Virus record (IMG/VR): IMGVR_UViG_3300020042_007694
Coordinates: 1 to 50,351 of that record
Strand: one strand, 5' to 3'
Length of the DNA stretch: 50,351 bases
Source of the DNA: a virus
Lineage: Duplodnaviria > Caudoviricetes
Numbering within the stretch: the first letter of the stretch is position 1; the number at the start of each line of letters is the position of its first letter. Of the stretch, positions 1 to 9,246 are shown one piece after another. Below the pieces are notes generated by a model. The model ran no database searches. It was not told where the DNA came from and saw only the letters and a list, made by a program, of their open reading frames with translations. A program made the translations under genes and the position numbers.

Positions 1-9
1 CATTAATGG

Positions 10-201
10 TCAACCGTTTTGTACACGGGCAAACAACTGTTGAAACCCGTCCATCAAGGACCGCAGGGCTTGACGCTCATCGCGATGCAGTTCGTCTGAC
101 CCACATGCCTGCATGGCCTGCAGAGTTTCCAGCATGCCGCCCTGGATGTTGTGGTACATGCCCCAATTGGTAACAATTTCCAGTTGTTTATTGTAGTCCA
201 T
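10..201 (-). CDS. small hypothetical early protein
   Basis: ATG at 201 follows AAGGAG and a sigma70 promoter; the ORF track's start at 249 lies inside that promoter. Confidence 0.7.
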   Translation of the reverse strand: MDYNKQLEIVTNWGMYHNIQGGMLETLQAMQACGSDELHRDERQALRSLMDGFQQLFARVQNG

Positions 202-231
202 TTCAAGCTCCTTTTTGCTGTTTATGTGTAT

Positions 232-260
232 ATTATAGCAGAATGGCAATTATTGGTCAA
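232..260 (-). promoter_or_regulatory. phage early sigma70 promoter, copy 1
   Basis: TTGACC (260-255), 17 bp spacer, TATAAT (237-232), extended -10 TGc. Confidence 0.85.
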
Positions 261-262
261 CC

Positions 263-292
263 AAAAGAAAACCCTGCACTGGGCAGGGTTGT
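263..292 (-). terminator. Rho-independent terminator after the porin gene
   Basis: Minus strand AACCCTGC-CCAGT-GCAGGGTT followed by TTCTTTT. Confidence 0.8.
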
Positions 293-297
293 TAGAA

Positions 298-325
298 AAA
301 GTACTACTTTTTACAGTAGTACTTT
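298..325. repeat. perfect 10-bp inverted repeat with 8-bp spacer
   Basis: AAAGTACTAC-TTTTTACA-GTAGTACTTT. Confidence 0.75.
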
Positions 326-329
326 GGGT

Positions 330-1217
330 TTAGAAATTGTATTCTAAGCCAACGCCAAATTGCTGACGGTTGCTTGCTGCAAGAACTGCCTCGTCCTTGC
401 GGAAAACAGCATGAGCAGATGTTGTTTTGCTAAATGCATAAGTGGTCTGCACGTTGTAACTCTTGGTGTCAGCTGTGTTGATACCATAGGAACCCTTAAC
501 TGTGACAGGAGTTCCTGCTACAGGAACAGCAACACCTAGGCTCTTGCCAGTGTTGACAGTGGCTCCAGCAGTTTTTTGCTCGCTCCACAATCCATACACA
601 GTGGCAATGCCTGCATTGTAGCTGGCACCAGCAGAGCTGTAGTCACTTCCAGAGCCAGTGTGACGAGCAGCGCCAACAGCAACGCGACCAAAAGTGGCAG
701 CAATACTGCCAACTTGCACGTCATCAGTGCCGGCAACTTCGGACAGTCCACGATCGTAACGTACAGCAGCAGGTCCCACGTTCACGGTACCAAACACAGC
801 ATTTTGAATGCGGCTTGTGGGCTGAGTGTGAGTTGTTCCGGTGCTGGCACCAAAATCATTTACAGGGCTGAATGCACCAATTACAGAATCATATGCATGT
901 GATGCACGACCCAAGCGCACACCAATCATTTTGTTGGACAAGCCGATTGTGCTTTCGCGATCTCCCAGGCTTGTGGCACCCGGAGCATCAGCCAACACGC
1001 TGGTCTCAACAACAGCAGCAGCAACAAAACCATTGGCTAATTTTTCACTAGCCCGGAATCCCAGGCGGCTGGTATCATTTGTCAAGGCAGCAACGCCGCT
1101 GGCAGTGCCAACTTCATCATTGTTTAAATACTGTCGTACTTTACCGTACACAGCAACGTCGGCTTGCGCCAGGGATGCGGCCAATGCTAGGGCCATTACT
1201 AAAGCATATTTCTTCAT
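330..1217 (-). CDS. Gram-negative outer-membrane porin (Neisseria/Burkholderia-type)
   Basis: Signal peptide ending AQA-D, N-terminal VAVYGKV, SRLGFRASE-LANG motif, amphipathic beta strands, C-terminal GLEYNF BAM signal, AAGGAG RBS. Confidence 0.85.
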   Translation of the reverse strand: MKKYALVMALALAASLAQADVAVYGKVRQYLNNDEVGTASGVAALTNDTSRLGFRASEKLANGFVAAAVVETSVLADAPGATSLGDRESTIGLSNKMIGVRLGRASHAYDSVIGAFSPVNDFGASTGTTHTQPTSRIQNAVFGTVNVGPAAVRYDRGLSEVAGTDDVQVGSIAATFGRVAVGAARHTGSGSDYSSAGASYNAGIATVYGLWSEQKTAGATVNTGKSLGVAVPVAGTPVTVKGSYGINTADTKSYNVQTTYAFSKTTSAHAVFRKDEAVLAASNRQQFGVGLEYNF

Positions 1218-1243
1218 TGATTTCTCCTTGTTTGAAGTAGTTT

Positions 1244-1272
1244 ATAATAACAGGCTGGAACACGAATGTCAA
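1244..1272 (-). promoter_or_regulatory. sigma70 promoter of the porin
   Basis: TTGACA-17 bp-TATTAT with TG extension. Confidence 0.7.
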
Positions 1273-1287
1273 CTGTTATTGGAATAG

Positions 1288-1295
1288 TATTTATA
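1288..1295 (-). promoter_or_regulatory. T4-type late promoter upstream of the porin
   Basis: Exact TATAAATA on the minus strand in the intergenic gap. Confidence 0.65.
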
Positions 1296-1315
1296 GGTGC
1301 CAGTGTCGCTGGCCG

Positions 1316-3355
1316 TTAATTCACAGGTAAAACCACTGGAATTGGATCAACTTCTGGATTGCTAGGCACCTGGTTGACATTATAGATACCATTGGCCTCT
1401 AACCTTGTTTGATTTCTTCCTTCGCGCTGAGCGCCCACCATGGCCTGGCCGCCTAGAATGGCGGTGTCAGCAAGATTGTCCAGGAACTCTGCAGCATCAC
1501 CGTTGGCAGTCAACAATCCATACTGCGGCAGATTCTGAACAAACCCATACACACTGTTCTTGTCGCCAGTTTGCAAATTGAAATAATCTATGCCAGCCTC
1601 AGTGGCGTAGCGAGCAGATAGATTCATTAGGTTGGCCATGTACACCCAGGATGTGTTTAGCGTGGTCACATACGGACTGGCACTGAGTGCTGCGATAGCT
1701 GCATTGGCATTGGCAATTTGAGTAATGACCGCAGCATCGTTGGCCGCCACCAAGATGTTGGTGTAGGCAGTGTTTAGTGTGGCCAGGCTTCCTGCGGCCT
1801 GTAAGGCATTGACGGCTGTGGTTGCTGTGTTGAGTTGAGCAGCAAAATCATCAGCATCCAGGGCCAGGCCCAGCACATCATAAGTGGTGATAGTGCCATC
1901 GGGCCCTGTACCGGTGGCCACATTGTTGGCAAAGTAATCAGTTACACTGGCATCCACAGGAGTTGTCTGTGCCTGAATTAGTGGCAGACCCGACATGGTG
2001 TTTAGTCCGCCCAAGATAGTAGGAGTCCAGTAAGCAGTGTTGTTGATGTCTGTTCCGGCAGGTACTTCTTGTGTAGCCCGGTAATATTCAGGAACCGGGG
2101 CGCCAGTGCTGACCAGGTCATTGGGCAAGTATGCATTGGTCACTTGCCAGGGATTGTTCACAGCCCCCAGCACAGCTTGGGCAAGGTCAGGCAAGGGAAC
2201 ATTTGGTATGTTGTTGATCTGTTGAAGACCCAGCTGAATTGCCTTGTTGGCCACAGCGTCTGCTGGTGGAATAATTTTGCCCAGTTCGTCACACCCAGTA
2301 GCAGCAGGCAAGTAAGAGTTAATAATAGGAGCAATAGTAGTATTGACTGATCCGTTGGCGCTGAAGATTGGCACTAGACCATTTGCCCCAGGTGCCTGTA
2401 ATGATGGATAGCTGAGTGGAAATGTTTTTACAGGATCCAACAATTGGTCAAGGCTTGTGATGTTGGGGGTTGTTACATCCAGAATGTCTAGTATCTGTAC
2501 AAGTGCGTCACCAGAAATCATTGTGAATGCATTGTATGCCAGCCGCTGTGCTCGATCAAACGTATTGTTGGTAACACCAGTGGGATTGTACACGCCTATT
2601 CGATTGTCAGTAATCAAATTTTCAATGTCCGTTGCAGTCATGCCCATGGTCAACATAACACTTTGCAAAATTGGAACTGTGCCTTTTTGTGTTCCAGCCC
2701 GGGCAGATATTTGTTGTAGCAGGCCGGCTGGGGTTCCGTATAGATCTAATTTGGCTGTGTTCCATAACTCGCCTTGTTTGTACAAGTCTATACCAAATGA
2801 CTCAAGATCTGTGCTGACACTAGTAATGCTACCTGTAACCAAGGCGTCCATGTTGGTAAAGGTAGGGCCTAGATACTGATTGGCGTTCACCGACGAATTG
2901 ATGTAGTTGTTGGTGGACGCAATGTAGCTTTGCACTGCCATGAAACCTTGAGAGAACTTGCCCGAATCCCCGTTGCCCAGGTATGCTGCGCAGGTTTGTT
3001 CAATTAGGTTTGAAAATCCCGACGGATCCAGAGTTGATCCATCCACGGTGCCCAGATAGTTCACAAGATATTCCGTATTTAGATATGTGTAGGTTCCCAC
3101 AGGACTGGCTGGTATGCTGTTGCCCAGAGCAGGACACACCGTGTTGCCCATGCTCAGCAGGCTGTTCAGCGTGGCAGCTGTGGCAAATGTCTGTGACTTG
3201 TAAAAGCTCACTGCTGCTGCCAGGTTGCTGATCAGGGTAGTGGCGTTGAATGTTTGTATGGCAGTGGCCAGACTAGGGGGGAACGGCTTGAGTCCTTGAT
3301 TTTGCAACAGGGCTGCGGCAGCCGTCAACTGCAATGGCGTGGTAATACTGGGCAT
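1316..3355 (-). CDS. putative virion (tail/baseplate) protein
   Basis: 679 aa, Ala/Asn/Thr/Gln-rich, coupled to the PAAR gene, contains a W-x5-Y...YYR...YW module. Confidence 0.55.
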   Translation of the reverse strand: MPSITTPLQLTAAAALLQNQGLKPFPPSLATAIQTFNATTLISNLAAAVSFYKSQTFATAATLNSLLSMGNTVCPALGNSIPASPVGTYTYLNTEYLVNYLGTVDGSTLDPSGFSNLIEQTCAAYLGNGDSGKFSQGFMAVQSYIASTNNYINSSVNANQYLGPTFTNMDALVTGSITSVSTDLESFGIDLYKQGELWNTAKLDLYGTPAGLLQQISARAGTQKGTVPILQSVMLTMGMTATDIENLITDNRIGVYNPTGVTNNTFDRAQRLAYNAFTMISGDALVQILDILDVTTPNITSLDQLLDPVKTFPLSYPSLQAPGANGLVPIFSANGSVNTTIAPIINSYLPAATGCDELGKIIPPADAVANKAIQLGLQQINNIPNVPLPDLAQAVLGAVNNPWQVTNAYLPNDLVSTGAPVPEYYRATQEVPAGTDINNTAYWTPTILGGLNTMSGLPLIQAQTTPVDASVTDYFANNVATGTGPDGTITTYDVLGLALDADDFAAQLNTATTAVNALQAAGSLATLNTAYTNILVAANDAAVITQIANANAAIAALSASPYVTTLNTSWVYMANLMNLSARYATEAGIDYFNLQTGDKNSVYGFVQNLPQYGLLTANGDAAEFLDNLADTAILGGQAMVGAQREGRNQTRLEANGIYNVNQVPSNPEVDPIPVVLPVN

Positions 3356-3645
3356 TATGCAGCTATTCTAACATCAGGACTGCCGCCTGCTCGAGCATGG
3401 CCACAGGTGTCTGAACTGCCAGTGTACACAATGGCTATGCCGCCGGCTCGCACTGTGCTGGATCCATTGGTGGTGGTTGCACTACAGTGAATAGGAGGAC
3501 AGCCTTTGCGGCCGCAGCAGGGATGTGGGGTTACAGAATTTCCCTCCACAATCACAGCTCGTCCGTTTATCCGCACAGATGCAACACCGACCTGGGCAAC
3601 GCCCCCGGCACCGTTTGCATCGCCCACTCTCTGTATTGCTGGCAT
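3355..3645 (-). CDS. PAAR-domain spike tip protein (T4 gp5.4-like)
   Basis: PAIQRVGD start, SVRINGRAV, GSSTVRAGG, DTCGH, GSPDV. Confidence 0.9.
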   Translation of the reverse strand: MPAIQRVGDANGAGGVAQVGVASVRINGRAVIVEGNSVTPHPCCGRKGCPPIHCSATTTNGSSTVRAGGIAIVYTGSSDTCGHARAGGSPDVRIAA

Positions 3646-3646
3646 G

Positions 3647-3946
3647 TTATCCTAGTATCAATTTCTTCTCTGGCACCCGGATGCCTGTGAGTGCTTCAAT
3701 GTACTTCATCTTGACTGCATCATCCGTTAGCGCATAAATCACAACGTTATCAATATTTAGCATGACTTTTTGGTCGGCATCGGCGGTAAACATGCTGGGC
3801 ACTAGTCCCAGTCCTTGTGGTCCTGGTGCTACACTAACTGGTGAGCTGATTTCAAGCCAGTCACCATCAGCTTGTGTTAGTTTGGCAATAAGTTCTTCGC
3901 CAGAGTTCAATTTAAAAGTTATTGTGCTACCTACAAGATTTTTCAT
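3647..3946 (-). CDS. conserved T4-like phage protein, possible Sm-like fold
   Basis: TFKLNSGEELIAK start, typical of a small beta-rich family in T4-like phages. Confidence 0.5.
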   Translation of the reverse strand: MKNLVGSTITFKLNSGEELIAKLTQADGDWLEISSPVSVAPGPQGLGLVPSMFTADADQKVMLNIDNVVIYALTDDAVKMKYIEALTGIRVPEKKLILG

Positions 3947-4167
3947 TCTGTCAATTTCTTTCTAAGTTCTGTAAATCCGCCCACTAGTTCTCCATCCAAG
4001 AAGATCTGTGGTAATGTTCGAGCCGTTGGTACTGCTTCTAATAGTTGTTCACGTGTCCAGTCCTGGCTCACGTTGCGTTCTTCATATTCAATGCCTTGAG
4101 ATTCTAGTAGTGCTTTTGCTTGAACGCAGAAAGAACAGGAATCTTTTGACCATACAATTGCTTTCAT
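3943..4167 (-). CDS. nrdC: glutaredoxin
   Basis: CSFC active site, RTLPQIF, VGGF; directly downstream of nrdB. Confidence 0.9.
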   Translation of the reverse strand: MKAIVWSKDSCSFCVQAKALLESQGIEYEERNVSQDWTREQLLEAVPTARTLPQIFLDGELVGGFTELRKKLTE

Positions 4168-4175
4168 TTGTTTCC

Positions 4176-5276
4176 TTATAGTTCCGGTAGTGCATCGTAG
4201 TCTAACTGATCACTCATGACTCCGATAACATAGTTAGTTGATTCGGACTCTTGCAGTGCAGTTTGTTTGTTGCTGGTGTTCACATGCTTGTTGAACCAAG
4301 GAATAGGTGTGCTACGAGGTGCAGGTTCGTGATACTTGATACCAATTTCTTTGAGCGCGGCCACGGCTGTGTAGTCCACAAAGTCTTTGAGAATATTGGC
4401 GTTTAATCCAATAACTGGGCCTTTGTTGAACAGATAGTCTGCCCAGGCCTTTTCTTCACGAATCACATCCAGATACAATGCGTACACTTCGGCTTCGCAT
4501 TCCGCCTTGGCAGCGGCAAAGCGTGGATCTTCTTTGACCACTTGATTGATAATATAGCCAGTCCATTCCTTGTGCAGGATCTCGTCTTGTAGAATCAACT
4601 GAATAATATTTCCATTGCCCATGAAGATTTTATTCTCTACCATGGCCAAGCTGGTGGCAAATGATACCATGAAGCGGAATGCTTCTAGAGCATAGGACGC
4701 ATTGAGTGCCATCCAAATGGCCTTGATGTGTTCACTTTCAGAAAATTCCTCCAACAGTTCTTTGCGACAATTGATCATGTGTAGTCGATCATAATAGTTG
4801 CCCACACTTGATGCCATGTTGATAATTTCTTGTGTGTCATGTATGGTGTTAAACACATCCTTGGGCACATTGTAGATATTGCGAATGATATGGCTGTAGC
4901 TCTTTGAGTGAATGTTGGTTTCAAAAAATGTCCAGTTGTAGATCAAGGCTTCTAATTCGGGCAGGCTACATACAGGAGTAAACACTTGACTGGGACCGCG
5001 GCCTTGTAGGCTGTCAAGAGCAGTTTGTCTCAGTAGATTGCTGGTAAAGATGTGGCGTACTGTTTCGCTGGCATCTTTGAAGTCATTTGAATCTTTGGTC
5101 AAGCTGACTTCTTCAGGTTGCCAAAAGAAACCACGTGCCGTGGCTTCGTAGTCTGCGATCTTTTTGTACTTGACTTCTTCAAAGCGTTGAATTGTCACAG
5201 GACCCGCAGGATCCAGAAACATCTTGCGATTGAGATAATCTGTTTTTGTTTTTAAGTTGTATTGTGCTTGGCTCAT
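4176..5276 (-). CDS. nrdB: ribonucleotide reductase class Ia beta subunit
   Basis: FFWQPEEV, LDSLQG, ETNIHSKSY (E/H/Tyr radical), LEAFRF, DEILH. ATG at 5276 overlaps the upstream stop (TAATG). Confidence 0.95.
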   Translation of the reverse strand: MSQAQYNLKTKTDYLNRKMFLDPAGPVTIQRFEEVKYKKIADYEATARGFFWQPEEVSLTKDSNDFKDASETVRHIFTSNLLRQTALDSLQGRGPSQVFTPVCSLPELEALIYNWTFFETNIHSKSYSHIIRNIYNVPKDVFNTIHDTQEIINMASSVGNYYDRLHMINCRKELLEEFSESEHIKAIWMALNASYALEAFRFMVSFATSLAMVENKIFMGNGNIIQLILQDEILHKEWTGYIINQVVKEDPRFAAAKAECEAEVYALYLDVIREEKAWADYLFNKGPVIGLNANILKDFVDYTAVAALKEIGIKYHEPAPRSTPIPWFNKHVNTSNKQTALQESESTNYVIGVMSDQLDYDALPEL

Positions 5277-5899
5277 TAGTATTTTCCTGATGCAAGTACT
5301 ATCTTGCAAATGTGTTCTAGTCTTTCTATGTGCTCATAAGCACGCCACGGGCTAGTGTCGATAGCCACAACTCCGTGTCCTTTAATGCCCACAATGTCAT
5401 AGGCAATATTGCCTTCATCGTCTAATTTTAACATAGTGTGGCACTGGTCTGCAAGCTCTTGGCTAATGGGAGCCACATCTCCCACATTGGGTGCCACTCG
5501 AGTGTAACGATTCAGCTCAGGAAACTCTGCACTGACTGTGCTCAAATCAATGCCAGCATGCATGGCTGCAATACAATAGGTTGGATGTAGGTGAACTACT
5601 ACTCGCACTTCATTACGATGCTGACCCATTTTTCGCTGTAGTCCAAGGTGTAGGGGTAGTTCGCCCGACGGTTTAAGATTGGCACTGATATCAGTATATG
5701 ACTGCTCTTCCCACAACATACTACCGACAATACGAATCTTTTTAAACTGATCTGGCTGTAGCGTTTGCTTGCGCACACCACTGGGAGTGATGTAAAAATG
5801 ATCACGGTCGTGATGGCGTATACTTACATTGCCATCACGACTGGTAATCCAATTGCGTTTGTACGCATCCAACATCACATCACAAATGGTTTCTAACAT
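5276..5899 (-). CDS. class II aldolase/adducin family protein (FucA/MtnB-like)
   Basis: DGNVSIR, ITPSG, PSGELPLH, VVHLHP, GHGVVA. Start at 5899 via TAATG coupling. Confidence 0.85.
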   Translation of the reverse strand: MLETICDVMLDAYKRNWITSRDGNVSIRHHDRDHFYITPSGVRKQTLQPDQFKKIRIVGSMLWEEQSYTDISANLKPSGELPLHLGLQRKMGQHRNEVRVVVHLHPTYCIAAMHAGIDLSTVSAEFPELNRYTRVAPNVGDVAPISQELADQCHTMLKLDDEGNIAYDIVGIKGHGVVAIDTSPWRAYEHIERLEHICKIVLASGKY

Positions 5900-6480
5900 T
5901 ATTTTGCTGCTGCTCGGTCTTGTGCTTTGATTGGTAGGCTCACGGGGTATTGAGCACAAGCTTCTGGATTACCTTGACCAGCTTCGGTCAAGAATGATGT
6001 TGCGGCCGGTACTTGACCAGTAGGGCATGAACATACTGCTATACCGTCTGCACCCCGAACACAATTCCAGCTAAAGCAATTGCTGGATTGTGCTCCAAGG
6101 TTCAGGCTGGCATCACATTTTTGTAACTTGGCTTTTTGTTTCCAGGGCAATGAACTAAAGTCGTTGGCTTCCTGTGGGTAAAATATTTTAGGTGCAAACA
6201 AACTCCATACATGCTTGCTGTCTGTTGCTGTGCAACTGCCTTTCATATTGCCTGCTGTGATATCAGCAATAGCAGTGCCCTTGAGAATAGGACACTTGCA
6301 CTCTACTTCAGGATAGGCCACGCCGTTGTTGCCTGTAATTGTTTTGCCTGTGGGCTTGCAAGTGCTGGCAGCACACAATGCATACTCTCCGTTGCAAGTT
6401 GTGATGCCATCTGTGGATGGTTGAGCTAACACTGAAGTTGACAGCAACAGAGATGCTAATACGATTAATAGTTTTTTCAT
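5899..6480 (-). CDS. secreted cysteine-rich protein
   Basis: Signal peptide MKKLLIVLASLLLSTSVLA, 12 Cys, AAGGAAAA RBS. Confidence 0.75.
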   Translation of the reverse strand: MKKLLIVLASLLLSTSVLAQPSTDGITTCNGEYALCAASTCKPTGKTITGNNGVAYPEVECKCPILKGTAIADITAGNMKGSCTATDSKHVWSLFAPKIFYPQEANDFSSLPWKQKAKLQKCDASLNLGAQSSNCFSWNCVRGADGIAVCSCPTGQVPAATSFLTEAGQGNPEACAQYPVSLPIKAQDRAAAK

Positions 6481-6499
6481 TTGTTTTCCTTTTTAAAAT

Positions 6500-8818
6500 T
6501 CAAAGTTTACAGCTTTCGCAATCTTCTTCATTATCAAAGTCAATTGCTTCCAATGGTGCAACCACTTCGTCTTGACCTTTGCTACCTTGCTTGTTGATCA
6601 AGCTGTAGTAGAAAGTTTTCAGACCCCAATGGTGTGACTGCATCAAGTTCCGAGCAATCAGGGTTGTTGGTACTTTGCGATCTGCAAAGTGTGCAGGGTT
6701 GTAAAAGGTGTTGGTGCTGATGCTTTGATCAACATAAGCGGCAATAACTGCCGCAGTCTTTAAGTAGCCATCGCAGTCTTTTTGTTCCCACATCAGTTGA
6801 TACCGGTTCTTTAGTTTGTGATATTCTGGAACCACTTGTGTCAAGCTGCCAGCTTTGGATTCCTTCACACTGATCAAGCTCATGGGCATTTCAATACCAT
6901 TAGTTGAGCTAATCACAACTGAGCTGGATTCCACAGGAGCCACTGCCATTTGTGTGGCATTACGCACACCATGCGTTTTCATTTGTATGCGTAGTGTTTC
7001 CCAGTCTAGTTCTGGAGCGAAGTCTGCAAGTTCATTCACACCTCGAGCACGTAGTTCCCACGGAAACTCTCCTTTGCCGTAACGTGTGTGATCACTGCCC
7101 AGGCATCGGCCACGCTCTTGCGCCAGCTCAACTGACGCTTCAGTCAAGTAAAATGCCAGGTGTTCCATCCAGGTTTTGACTTCGGCTAGAGCATCCTTTT
7201 CACCGTAGCGGAGGCTTCGTTTGGCGTGCCAGTAGGCAAGGTTGGTAATTCCAATTCCCAGTGGGCGAATCTCATCGTTGCTTAGTTTGGATTGTATACT
7301 TAGAAAATCTTGATAATCAAGTATATTGTTAAGGCTACGGTGTAGAATACGGCAAGCACGGCGCATATCTTCGGGATTCCTGAAAGCTCCCCAGTTGATT
7401 GAGCCGAGTGTGCAGAGCGCAATGCGTCCCTCTGCATCGTCGAGTCTTTTAAATGATTTTGTTGGTAAAAGTATTTCACAGCATAGGTTACTCTGGTAGA
7501 TGGTATGGTATTCAGGATCAAACGGTCCTTGCTTCATTACATTGTCAATGAACACAAGATAGATACGGCCTGTATCAGTACGCTCTTTCAGAATGCCCGA
7601 CTTGAATACTTCTTCGGCACTCATGGTCTTCTTGCGAAGGTCTTTGCGCTTTTCGTATTTGACATAGAGTTCTTCAAACAGTTTAGTGTTACTGTAGAAT
7701 GCCTGGTACAGATCTGGAACTTGGTTGGGATCAAAGAACGTTATTTGTTCTTTGTTTTTGAATCGTCTCCAGAAGAAAGCACTAAGCACAACCCCATAAT
7801 CCATATGACGGACTCGGGTTTCTTCTGTTCCTTGGTTGTTCTTAAGCACAATAAGGTCATCAAACTGATGATGCCAAATTGGATAGAATACAGTAGCACT
7901 AGCATTACGAATACCTCCTTGTGAACAACTACGCAAATCTCCAAACCACTTTTTCAAGAATGGAATCATGCCGGTGTGCATGATCTCACCACCACGAATG
8001 GGTGAACCCAGTGGGCGTAGTCTTCCAATTTCTAACCCAATGCCAGCACGTTTGCTGGCATACTTGGCCATCATTTCACCTGAAGCAAATATACTGTCCA
8101 AATCATCGTCACTGCGGATAAGTACGCAACTACTAAACTGTTTAGTAGGAGTCCCAAGACCAGCGAGCACAGGAGTAGCAAGAGTAAACAAGCCATCACT
8201 AGCTGCGTTGTAATATTCTTTGATGTAGCGCATTCTCGCCGAGTTCGGTTCTTCTTTGTGAAATACAGTAGCGGCCGCGACCATGTATCTAATTTGTGGA
8301 GTTTCATAGGTTTGTCCTGTTGAGCGATTTTTTACAAGATATTTTTCAATCAGCTGCTCAATAGCTGCATAACTGTATTGTTCGTCCTTGTCATGATCCA
8401 GCATGTCATTCATGCGGTTCCAGTCATCTTGTGTGTACCACTCCAGTAGCTCGGGGGTGTACAAGCCGGTGGCCACATTGGTCTTTACAATCTCATACAG
8501 GTGAGGAGGCTCGTAACTGCCATACACATCCTTACGCAACATACTAAGACGTTGCTTGCCTGCAACAAATTGGTAATTGGTATGACCCACATCTGGGTTT
8601 GATTCCACGTCAATTAAGTCTACAATTGCTCTGAGCGTGATACCATCAATTTCTTTAGTAGTAATACCATCGTAAAAATGCAATTGTGCCTTGATTTCTA
8701 CCATGCTTTGACTAACGTCTGCAATGCCTGCGCATACTTTTGCAATCTGTGTTTGCCATTTTTCTAACGCTAATGGCTCGCGCTGGCCTGAACGTTTTTG
8801 TACTATTATAGTTCTCAT
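6500..8818 (-). CDS. nrdA: ribonucleotide reductase class Ia alpha subunit
   Basis: N-terminal ATP cone (VQKRSG), QFSSCVL, SNLCCEI, C-terminal CESCKL. Confidence 0.97.
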   Translation of the reverse strand: MRTIIVQKRSGQREPLALEKWQTQIAKVCAGIADVSQSMVEIKAQLHFYDGITTKEIDGITLRAIVDLIDVESNPDVGHTNYQFVAGKQRLSMLRKDVYGSYEPPHLYEIVKTNVATGLYTPELLEWYTQDDWNRMNDMLDHDKDEQYSYAAIEQLIEKYLVKNRSTGQTYETPQIRYMVAAATVFHKEEPNSARMRYIKEYYNAASDGLFTLATPVLAGLGTPTKQFSSCVLIRSDDDLDSIFASGEMMAKYASKRAGIGLEIGRLRPLGSPIRGGEIMHTGMIPFLKKWFGDLRSCSQGGIRNASATVFYPIWHHQFDDLIVLKNNQGTEETRVRHMDYGVVLSAFFWRRFKNKEQITFFDPNQVPDLYQAFYSNTKLFEELYVKYEKRKDLRKKTMSAEEVFKSGILKERTDTGRIYLVFIDNVMKQGPFDPEYHTIYQSNLCCEILLPTKSFKRLDDAEGRIALCTLGSINWGAFRNPEDMRRACRILHRSLNNILDYQDFLSIQSKLSNDEIRPLGIGITNLAYWHAKRSLRYGEKDALAEVKTWMEHLAFYLTEASVELAQERGRCLGSDHTRYGKGEFPWELRARGVNELADFAPELDWETLRIQMKTHGVRNATQMAVAPVESSSVVISSTNGIEMPMSLISVKESKAGSLTQVVPEYHKLKNRYQLMWEQKDCDGYLKTAAVIAAYVDQSISTNTFYNPAHFADRKVPTTLIARNLMQSHHWGLKTFYYSLINKQGSKGQDEVVAPLEAIDFDNEEDCESCKL

Positions 8819-8820
8819 TA

Positions 8821-9246
8821 TTACCTAATTTGTTGTTTTATTTCTTGCTGACTAACACTGTGATAGACTTTGTAGGGTACTGGATTGATATTTAACACTT
8901 GTTCTGGATCCCAATTAAGTATATATTTCTTTTTGTCTACCAGGACTAAATTGTCACTTCCGGTGTCTACCAAATAAGAATCCTGCAGGTCTGCACGATC
9001 TAGCATAGCTATAGTGTACACGATTCCTAGAGCGCGAGCAAGACTACAGTACATGTTGTCGCTCAATAATTGCCACGGATCTGGCCAAGTGGGCTGATCA
9101 TCCCAGTGCAAATGATAAGCACGCCACGGAGCACAAAACCACCAGTTGTTAATCAGACGCAGAGCTGATTCAGAGTCGGCCTGGGCTGTTTGGCTCCGGA
9201 GTTGTGACCAACTTTCAAGCCGTTGCTCAAAGGTGGAGGGCCACAT
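8821..9246 (-). CDS. hypothetical protein
   Basis: Trp-rich ORF tightly packed between neighbours (TGATG overlap). Confidence 0.7.
   Translation of the reverse strand: MWPSTFEQRLESWSQLRSQTAQADSESALRLINNWWFCAPWRAYHLHWDDQPTWPDPWQLLSDNMYCSLARALGIVYTIAMLDRADLQDSYLVDTGSDNLVLVDKKKYILNWDPEQVLNINPVPYKVYHSVSQQEIKQQIR

Noticed and set aside
6500-8818. Inteins or introns in nrdA, helicase, uvsX or terminase
   Set aside because: The ORFs are uninterrupted, of normal length, and show no splice-junction or LAGLIDADG motifs.
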